NCBI RefSeq assembly: GCF_056746865.1
Contig: NZ_CM163382.1
DNA length: 64,000 nt
Reading direction: 5' to 3' (one strand)
In this document: positions 1-8,029 of the stretch, one piece after another
Layout of the letters: the number at the start of each line of letters is the position of its first letter
Position numbering within the stretch: the first letter of the stretch is position 1
Translations under genes and position numbers: made by a program
The notes under the pieces: model-generated
The model's database searches: none
The model's input: the letters and a program-made list of their open reading frames with translations, nothing else
What the model was told of the DNA's origin: nothing

Positions 1-31
1 GCCCTGAAAGGCATGGTCATTCCGCATTGCA
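1..31 (-). other. Fragment homologous to an internal region of the beta-propeller paralogs; possible truncated fourth copy continuing left of the window
   Basis: 18-nt exact match (gaaaggcatggtcattcc, positions 7-24) to paralog B at about 3118-3135; minus-strand translation gives GMTMPF, a motif shared with paralogs B and C; the adjacent 32-119 is AT-rich non-coding. Confidence 0.3.
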
Positions 32-767
32 TTTTTAAAGTTTTTTATCCATTATTTATTCTGATTAATAATCAAAATTGAAATCCTGTCTTTGAAATGT
101 AATGGCAGTGCAACAATCACTATTCAGAACAGAAATCACCTTTCTCTGCCTGAACACAATTAATCAATATATCCCAGTGACCGTTCTCTAAGCGAGCTAC
201 ACCATAATACCCAGCCAGAACCAGGGTTTTTTCTGTACAACTGATATAACCAGTGCACATTTTTACCTCGCTGGGTAAATCTGGCTGAACAACATCATCC
301 CCGATTATTTGCCACACACCATAATCAGACGTTGCCCAGACACAATTTTCATACCATACCATTTGCCTGAACGGTAAGGTTAACTCCCCCCGATGAATCA
401 TCTTCCATTGATCTTTTCGACCTTTAAATACAGTACCGCTTTGCGCACCGATATAAACATAGCCATCCTGACCACAACAGATAGATTCAATGAGCATGTT
501 GCTGGGAAAATGAATTTGCCTCCATTCATCACCATCGAAATTCCAGACATCTCCTTTACCGCCTGCGGCATAGATATCATTTTCAGAGAAGCCATCCACA
601 CAACTAAAACCAGCAGCATCCAGGAATAGCATCTGTTCACGGATTGTTTTAATTTCATCTTGCGCAGGGAGATGGATACCTTTATTTAGTTTCTCCCAAT
701 TATTTCTATCTATCCTGCGAACAACACTACGTGCGGATCCTACAACATACAATCGATGGATTTGCCC

Positions 768-1673
768 CTATATTTCCAGACACCTGTTATCACTTAACCC
801 ATTACTGGCCCGCTGCCGTAGATATTCCCGTGGCGAGCGATAACCCAGTGCACTATGCGGATGCCATTCGTTATAATGCTCGAACGCCTCTGCAAGGTTC
901 TTTGCTGCCGTTAACCCGTCTGGTTTAGGCATGATACTGATGTAGTCACGCTTTATCGTTTTCACGAAGCTCTCTGCTATGCCGTTACTCTCCGGACTCC
1001 GCACCGCCGTGTTCTTCGGTTCAAGCCCCAACATCCGGGCAAACTGCCGTGTTTCATTAGCCCGGTAGCATGAACCATTATCCGTCAGCCACTCTACTGG
1101 AGACGCCGGAAGCTCGTTGCCGAAGCGGCGTTCCACCGCTCCCAGCATTACGTCCTGTACTGTTTCACTGTCGAAGCCGCCCGTAGTGACTGCCCAGTGC
1201 AGTGCCTCACGGTCACAGCAGTCCAGCGCGAACGTGACTCGCAGTTTTTCTCCGTTATCACAGCGGAACTCGAACCCGTCAGAGCACCATCGTTGATTGC
1301 TTTCTTTCACGGCCACTTTGCCAGTATGTGCCCGTTTCGATGGCGGTACAGCGGTTTTTCGCTCAAGCAACAGCGCATTCTGGCGCATGATCCGGTAAAC
1401 ACGTTTGGCATTGATCGCAGGCATACCATCAAGTTCGGCCTGTCTGCGAAGCAGCGCCCATACCCGACGATAACCATACGTGGGCAGCTCTCCGATAACA
1501 TGGTGTATACGGAGAAGCACATCCGTATCATCTGAGTGACGGCTGCGGCGACCATCTTTCCAGTCATCGGTTCGTCTGAGAATGACGTGCAACTGCGCAC
1601 GCGACACCCGGAGACAACGGCTGACTAAGCTTACTCCCCATCCCCGGGCAATAAGGGCGCGTGCGCTATCCAC
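768..1673 (-). CDS. insD: IS2 transposase OrfB (InsD)
   Basis: 301-aa ORF recognised as IS2 InsD (ends ...[31 protein letters not shown]); integrase catalytic core. Confidence 0.9.
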
Positions 1674-1996
1674 TTTTTTGCACGCCCGTATTCAACGGCT
1701 TCTTTAAGGAGTTCATTTTCCATCGTTTTTTTGCCGAGCAGGCGCTGGAGTTCTTTAATCTGCTTCATGGCAGCAGCAAGTTCAGAGGCAGGAACGACCT
1801 GCTCTCCTGCGGCCACAGCAGTAAGACTTCCCTCCTGGTATTGCTTGCGCCAGAGAAATAACTGGCTGGCTGCCACACCGTGTTGCCGGGCAACAAGGGA
1901 GACCGTCATTCCCGGTTCAAAACTCTGCTGAACAATAGCGATCTTTTCCTGTGTAGTACGCCGTCTGCGTTTCTCCGGTCCTAAGACATCAATCAT
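1631..1996 (-). CDS. insC: IS2 OrfA (InsC), helix-turn-helix protein
   Basis: ORF contains [56 protein letters not shown]; start placed at the internal Met matching the 121-aa InsC; overlaps insD as expected for a frameshift-fused transposase. Confidence 0.85.
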
Positions 1997-2497
1997 CTGC
2001 TCTCCAATGACTAGTCTAAAAACTAGTATTAAGACTATCACTTATTTAAGTGATATTGGTTGTCTGGAGATTCAGGGGGCCAGTCTAATCGACCACCAAT
2101 AGTCCGGGTATTGCTAATGGCAAATTCATATGGGATCGGTTCTTCAAGCCCTTCAAAACCACTACCTATAGCAAAAACCTCATTTTCCATTGTAACGCCC
2201 ACGTACTGACTGAATGGAATACTGGTTGTAGCCGAAAATATCTTGTCCATTCCTTCATAACCGCTGTATCCCCATTGCTCTCCTAATGGTTCATCAAAAA
2301 AAAAGGAAACAAAATTTTTTCTTGCCAGATGTTCTTCCATTACAGGGTCTATATCATCTCGCTTTTCTCGTGTAGTTATATAAATATAACCAGTGTCTCT
2401 TACTGCAACACCATTAATATAAAACCCTTTGAATATTTCATTGTACTCATCTTGAGTAATAATCATGTTTTTAATCTCATATTATTTTCATTTGTTT

Positions 2498-2812
2498 TTA
2501 CTGGAGTAAGAGTATGGACGGGATTGTTTTCCACCCATGCCCTTTCTGGAATCCCGGTGTCGCCGGAACATTCCCTTCACTGGTAGAGAAATACGAGCGA
2601 TCTTTCTGTGCCACCATCGACTTACAGATAAATACGGTAGCTGTTCCGTTCTGCAAATCCCGGGCATACGCCGTGTTGGAATAAGGCACAACGACCGGGC
2701 CTGTGGGCGGAGGAGGAGGGGACCAGCAGGGATCGGGAAATGCGCCAGCAGATTTCCCGTCAGACGCTCTGGAGCAGGCTTCCCGCCCGTTGATATAAAC
2801 GTTAGTTTCCAT
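2498..2812 (-). CDS. Hypothetical small ORF (104 aa, proline-rich) between paralog B and paralog A
   Basis: ORF ends 31 bp upstream of the paralog A start; its first codons (METNVY) lie in the conserved repeat downstream of B and C; the remainder is a GC-rich segment absent from the C-to-B spacer; coding status uncertain. Confidence 0.25.
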   Translation of the reverse strand: METNVYINGREACSRASDGKSAGAFPDPCWSPPPPPTGPVVVPYSNTAYARDLQNGTATVFICKSMVAQKDRSYFSTSEGNVPATPGFQKGHGWKTIPSILLLQ

Positions 2813-3365
2813 AATGTGCTATCCGTGTACCCACTTTCCTTTAAATTAACTGCTGGCCCGGGAGGCTATTCAAACGCCATTGAATCAAAGAGGACATTCC
2901 AGGCATTACCATCATAAATAGCAGCTCCTCTGGAGCCACAAACCATCATCACTGTCCCATCGGGGGAAACATCAATTCTTTTACTTAAAACGGCCACTTC
3001 AGGAGGGACGGGTTTATGTTTTGCATGCATGGCGAGCACCAGTTTGTCATCTTCCAGTACCCAGATGCCATAATCACTGGCACACCAGAGACGTCCATCA
3101 AACCATCCCATGTCGAGGAAAGGCATGGTCATTCCACCATGCGTAATTTGTGTCCATTGCTCATTGCGACCCTTCCATATAGCACCGTCAAAATCAGCAA
3201 TATAAACAAATCCGTCACCGGCACAGCAAACTGTGTACAGAAGTTTATTTGTCGGAAAAGGGAGTTTTTTCCATTGCTCACCATTAAAGTGATAAACGGT
3301 TCCCGTTCCACCCACTGCATACATATCTGACTCGGAAAAACCAGATAAATCCTGAAATAAGCTTC
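2796..3365. repeat. Direct repeat copy 1, about 570 bp: 3' half of paralog B plus about 70 bp of its 3' flank
   Basis: Near-identical to 3943..4512 (a handful of mismatches); repeat spacing 1147 bp. Confidence 0.85.
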
Positions 3366-3906
3366 TGGACATCGACTCAGCCTTCCGTTCCAGGAATCCA
3401 TCGGGAACAGGAATAGTTTGTGAAGCATCCAGCCAAACCTGATGATTAATTCGTTTATATATTCTTAACCCTCCCCCAATTGCATAGACACTTGTTCCTA
3501 CTCTGACTACCTTAATTATAGCTGTTCTCATGTCTGAGGATTTAGAAATAGGAATATCCAGATTATTTTCTCGTCCCTTGTATTCTCTGGTTTTGTAGCT
3601 TATGACTTCACAGTCGATATCAACTATAACTAATTCAGTTTGGGAAGGTGACCATCCAGCCGATATCGTTGGATAGCTCAAATTACCGAAAGACATCCCA
3701 AACACCCTGTTTTCAGGAGGGTTGTCAATAACTATTGATACCAGCTTGTGTTTAGGCATGTAATAGTCGTTGCCATATTCGATATGATTTTCATCAATTT
3801 TTTCAATTAATAATAAGCCAACGCGGCCATGTTCAAAGCCATATGTACAATCATATACTTCAAAATTTTTAAAGGTTTTATCCCAACGTTCTTGACTAAT
3901 AATCAT
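2866..3906 (-). CDS. Hypothetical protein, paralog B (346 aa) with beta-propeller-like repeats resembling BNR/Ycf48 or Kelch blades
   Basis: Intact 346-aa ORF; the C-terminal ~155-160 aa (from DLSGFSESDMYAVGG) are identical to paralog C, the N-terminal half about 60 percent identical; repeated blade-like motifs (YAIGGG...W, YAVGGTGTVYHFNGEQW, FDGAIWKGRNEQW, YDGNAW). Confidence 0.75.
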   Translation of the reverse strand: MIISQERWDKTFKNFEVYDCTYGFEHGRVGLLLIEKIDENHIEYGNDYYMPKHKLVSIVIDNPPENRVFGMSFGNLSYPTISAGWSPSQTELVIVDIDCEVISYKTREYKGRENNLDIPISKSSDMRTAIIKVVRVGTSVYAIGGGLRIYKRINHQVWLDASQTIPVPDGFLERKAESMSRSLFQDLSGFSESDMYAVGGTGTVYHFNGEQWKKLPFPTNKLLYTVCCAGDGFVYIADFDGAIWKGRNEQWTQITHGGMTMPFLDMGWFDGRLWCASDYGIWVLEDDKLVLAMHAKHKPVPPEVAVLSKRIDVSPDGTVMMVCGSRGAAIYDGNAWNVLFDSMAFE

Positions 3907-3942
3907 TTCATTTCCTTAGTTATCACAATTATCATCATAGCT

Positions 3943-4512
3943 ATCTATAAACGTTAGTTTCCATAATATGCTATCCGTGTGCCCACTTTCCTTTAAATTA
4001 ACTGCTGGCCCGGGAGGCTATTCAAACGCCATTGAATCAAAGAGGACATTCCAGGCATTACCATCATAAATAGCAGCTCCTCTGGAACCACAAACCATCA
4101 TCACGGTCCCATCGGGTGAAACATCAATTCTTTTACTTAAAACGGCCACTTCAGGAGGGACGGGTTTATGTTTTGCATGCATGGCAAGCACCAGTTTGTC
4201 ATCTTCCAGCACCCAGATGCCATAATCACTGGCACACCAGAGACGTCCATCAAACCATCCCATGTCGAGGAATGGCATGGTCATTCCACCATGCGTAATT
4301 TGTGTCCATTGTTCATTGCGACCCTTCCATATAGCACCGTCAAAATCAGCAATATAAACAAATCCGTCACCGGCACAGCAAACTGTGTACAGAAGTTTAT
4401 TTGTCGGAAAAGGGAGTTGTTTCCATTGCTCACCATTAAAGTGATAAACCGTTCCCGTTCCGCCCACTGCATACATATCCGATTCGGAAAAACCAGATAA
4501 ATCTCGGAATCG
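3943..4512. repeat. Direct repeat copy 2, about 570 bp: 3' half of paralog C plus its 3' flank
   Basis: Near-identical to 2796..3365. Confidence 0.85.
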
Positions 4513-5058
4513 ACTTCTGGTTATTGCTTCTACCTTCCTATCTAACAATCCATCGGGGACAGGCAGGTATGTAGAATGTTCCCGCCAAATTTGGTGATCA
4601 ACACGTTTGTATATTCTGAAACCACTACCGATAGCGTAAACACTGTTTTCAATTCGTACTACTTTTATTATAACGGAAAACATATCGATAGAACCTGGTA
4701 TGAGTATATTTATACTTTCTTCTACTCCTTTGTATACATCTTCTTTATAACTCATAACATCACGGTCCTGACTGACCATAACATATTCGGTCTGAGATGG
4801 GGGCCAACCAGAAGATATAGTCATCAGAGATATCCCTGTTGCGCGACGACCATATATGCGATATTTTTTGGAGAGGGTAAACGTAATGGAAATTAATCTC
4901 TTTTCAGGTGGGTAAAAAGGGTTTTCATATTCGGCATGCTCCTCATCTACCACTTCAATCAATGAAAGACCTACTTTTCCATGCTCGTAACCATAGGTGC
5001 AGTCATATATATAAAAGCCTTTGAGATATTTCTGATACGATTCTATATCTATGATCAT
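4018..5058 (-). CDS. Hypothetical protein, paralog C (346 aa) with beta-propeller-like repeats
   Basis: Intact 346-aa ORF; C-terminal half identical to paralog B, N-terminal half diverged; low GC. Confidence 0.75.
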   Translation of the reverse strand: MIIDIESYQKYLKGFYIYDCTYGYEHGKVGLSLIEVVDEEHAEYENPFYPPEKRLISITFTLSKKYRIYGRRATGISLMTISSGWPPSQTEYVMVSQDRDVMSYKEDVYKGVEESINILIPGSIDMFSVIIKVVRIENSVYAIGSGFRIYKRVDHQIWREHSTYLPVPDGLLDRKVEAITRSRFRDLSGFSESDMYAVGGTGTVYHFNGEQWKQLPFPTNKLLYTVCCAGDGFVYIADFDGAIWKGRNEQWTQITHGGMTMPFLDMGWFDGRLWCASDYGIWVLEDDKLVLAMHAKHKPVPPEVAVLSKRIDVSPDGTVMMVCGSRGAAIYDGNAWNVLFDSMAFE

Positions 5059-5083
5059 TTATCACCTCAAATATCTTCATCGT

Positions 5084-5383
5084 TTATAACACCCCCATCA
5101 CCTGCATTGATTTTTGCAGAGTTAAATCACCACAGGTATAAGCGTCTTGGTAAGCTTTATCCAGTTGCGCTTTCAAACAAGATTTATCACAACCGTACAT
5201 TAATGCAACCTCATCAATTACCATACATCTGGCATCTTTATAACTCATTTCTTTTCCAAAATGCTTTTCTTCTATTAGAGTGCCTGTAGCTGAGTGTAAT
5301 GCACCATGTGAACCAGTACGATTGTCTTTTCCTTCCAGACAAATTGTAGGCGCTTTGCCTTCGGTATATTCCCCCCCCAGCAC
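5084..5383 (-). CDS. Hypothetical small protein (99 aa), tightly coupled upstream of paralog C
   Basis: ORF ends 26 bp before the paralog C start; GTG start codon inferred; a run of 8 G on the coding strand sits at codons 3-5; no recognisable homology. Confidence 0.35.
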   Translation of the reverse strand: MLGGEYTEGKAPTICLEGKDNRTGSHGALHSATGTLIEEKHFGKEMSYKDARCMVIDEVALMYGCDKSCLKAQLDKAYQDAYTCGDLTLQKSMQVMGVL

Positions 5384-5751
5384 TTTCTTGTTGGATATTT
5401 GCTACGGGGCATTCTTTATATTAATTTTTCTTCCTTATGGAGTATCTCTGTTTGACACTTTAAAGTCTCTATGAGAATTATAAGATTTTTTTTAAAATAA
5501 TACGTTTTCAGATTTAGCAACAGGATTTTCACTCATACGATTAATATACGATATTTTAATCTCAAAAATATATTTGGCTGGTGAAGCTATCTGGGGTGTA
5601 TATTCACACCACATATATTATCAAAAGGCAGTTACGCTACCGCCATACCCTGATAAAACTCACCATCTGCACGAAACGGATTTTACGCTTTTTCTTCCGG
5701 CGAAATATCAAATTCTCAATTCAAATAATATCTATTGCGTTATATGACCTA

Positions 5752-7200
5752 TCACTCCCTCTCCGGCAGCACAATCACAAACCTTGTTCCTCGCGCATCT
5801 GACGTTACCGCAACTGTGCCTTTATGCGCGACAACAATCGATTTCACTATCGCCAGCCCAATGCCGCTACCTTCGCCTTTTCGCTGGCGGGAAGGATCAA
5901 CGCGGTAGAAACGGTCAAACAATCGCGGTAAGTGTTCGGGCGCAATGGGCGTACCGGGGTTTTCGACGGTAACTTGCACCTGATGATCGACCGCCTGGCA
6001 GCGTACTACAATAGCCTCTCCGGGTGGCGTATAACGCAGGGCATTAGAAAGCAGGTTGTTTAACGCCCGACGCAGCATCAGCGGATCGCCCGCAACCTGA
6101 CACTCGTCACCAACAAACCGCAACTCCACGCCGCGATCTTCCGCTAACGCCTCGAAAAAATCGAACACTTTGCCGACTTCATCCGCCAGGTTGAGCATTT
6201 TCTTTTCGGGGATTAACTGGTTGTTATCGGCCTGGGCGAGAAACAACATATCGCTGACCATTTTCGCCATTCGCGTCAGCTCTTCGAGATTAGAGTAGAG
6301 CACATCTTCCAGCTCCTTCTGGCTGCGTGACTGGCTGAGGGCGATTTCGGTTTGCGTTATGAGATTCGTAATTGGTGTACGAATTTCGTGAGCGATATCC
6401 GCTGAGAAATTGGACTGGCGAGTAAAGACATCCTCAATACGCTCGATCATATGGTTGAACGACAGTACCAGCTGTTCCAGCTCAATCGGCACGGTCTGCG
6501 GGTCAAGGCGAACGTCGAGATCTTTCGAGGTGATATTCTGGATTTGACGGCTGACGCTGCGGATCGGCGCGTGACCTTTATGTACCGCCAATAGCACGAT
6601 AAAGACGATCAGGATGCTGATGATCGATGCGGTCATAATAAGTTTATTCATCAAATCATTTATGTAATGAAGATGAAAATCGATCGAAAGCGCGATGTAG
6701 AGCGTATAAATCGGTTTGCCGTCCACCAACGGGCCAACCGGCAAGTTAATCATCCGCCAGTTGCTGTGTTCCATATGCCCGTGACCGTGGCCCGGCATCA
6801 TCATTGTCGGGCCGGAAAGGAGATACACCTCGCCGCCCCGCGCGTCTTTATCGGGTATGGCATCACGTGCAAACTCGCGGATATCGGGCGCACCGGGGGA
6901 GTGATATACCGTTTTACCGTGGCTATCTGCCAGGGAGATCAACACATTGGAATAACCACTGACAATATCTTCCAGCGTCATTAAGCGTCGGGCTTGCGTT
7001 TCGTCAGGGTGATTAAGTACCCGTTCAAGTGTGGCGCTAATTTCTTTTAAATCATTAATATCCTGCTCGGCAAAATGCACTTTTACCGAGTGGATCATTA
7101 TCCATGCAAAGGCGAAAAACGCCGCGATGGTGGCGAGGCTGATAAAAAAGGTCAGGCGGGTTGCCAGCGAAAACGGGCGCTGAAATGGCTTACTGACCAT
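5752..7200 (-). CDS. cusS: Copper/silver-sensing histidine kinase CusS
   Basis: Translation matches CusS ([16 protein letters not shown]...; periplasmic sensor, HAMP, HisKA and ATPase regions); start set at the internal Met of the 486-aa ORF. Confidence 0.92.
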
Positions 7201-7873
7201 CCGGCACCTCAAGCATGTAACCCACGCCGCGCACGGTTTGAATCAGCTTCGGCTCAAAGTCGTTGTCGATTTTGCCACGCAGCCGCTTCACCGCCACATC
7301 AATGGCGTTAGTGTCGCTGTCGAAATTCATGTCCCACACCTGCGAGGCGATAAGCGAGCGGGGCAGCACTTCGCCCTGATGGCGAAGGAAAAACTCCAGC
7401 AGAGTAAACTCTTTACTGGTCAGAGTGATGCGCGTACCGCTGCGGGTGACTTTGCGGCTGACGAGATCGACCATCAAATCGGCAACCTGAAACTGACTTT
7501 CGATAATCACCGCCGCCCCGCGCCGCAGTAATGTGCGCACCCGCGCCAGCAGTTCAGCAAAAGCGAATGGCTTCACCAGGTAGTCATCTGCCCCCAACTC
7601 CAGCCCCTTGACGCGATGTTCAATGGTGCCAAGCGCGGTAAGCAACAGAATCGGCATCCCTTTATTGGCGGAACGCAACATACGCACGATATCCCAGCCG
7701 TTCACGTCTGGCAGCATAATATCGAGGATTATCAGGTCATAATCACCGGTCATCGCCAGATGGTAGCCATTCAGCCCGTTGTCGGCCAAATCGACCACAA
7801 AACCGGCTTCGGTTAACCCTTTGGTCAAGTATTCTCCGGTTTTCTTTTCATCTTCGACAATCAACAGTTTCAT
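7190..7873 (-). CDS. cusR: Copper-responsive response regulator CusR (OmpR family)
   Basis: 227-aa [23 protein letters not shown]...; receiver plus winged-helix domains; overlaps the cusS start by 11 bp. Confidence 0.95.
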
Positions 7874-7938
7874 ATTTCCTCCGCATGTTGCCCGGGCAAT
7901 TCTAGAGTAGCGGGATCAGATGGCAATCGCTTATTGGC

Positions 7939-7960
7939 AAAATGACAATTTTGTCATTTT
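7939..7960. promoter_or_regulatory. CusR box palindrome in the cusR-cusC divergent promoter region
   Basis: Perfect inverted repeat aaaatgacaa-tt-ttgtcatttt between divergent cusR and cusC. Confidence 0.7.
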
Positions 7961-8029
7961 CCTGTCACCGGAAAATCAGAGCCTGGCGGGTAAAGTTGGC
8001 GACATAAAATCACCAGAAATTATGTGCCT

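Larger units (their letters stand above)
758..2087 (-). mobile_element. IS2 insertion sequence (about 1330 bp) with 5-bp target site duplication ATCGA
   Basis: Encodes recognisable IS2 InsC and InsD; terminal sequences tggatttgcccctatatttccagacacc at 758 and ggagattcagggggccagtcta ending at 2087; ATCGA directly flanks both ends (753-757 and 2088-2092). Confidence 0.9.
120..2466 (-). pseudogene. Beta-propeller-repeat paralog A, interrupted by IS2
   Basis: N-terminal ORF 2038..2466 (142 aa) and C-terminal ORF 120..752 (210 aa) are each homologous to the matching halves of paralogs B and C; removing IS2 and one copy of the 5-bp duplication rejoins them in frame (...TIGGR-L-YVVGSARS...). Confidence 0.8.

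Noticed and set aside
2537-2917. Plus-strand 126-aa ORF spanning the B-to-A spacer and the 3' end of paralog B
   Set aside because: It overlaps the paralog B stop region on the opposite strand and its translation is Arg/Gly/Pro-rich low complexity. The minus-strand 104-aa ORF fits the array orientation better, though that one is also uncertain.
3016-4896. Plus-strand ORFs of 100-110 aa (3016..3330, 4168..4500, 4576..4896) inside the paralog array
   Set aside because: These are antisense shadows of paralogs B and C. Two of them are simply the same frame repeated because of the direct repeat, and they have no independent start or ribosome-binding context.
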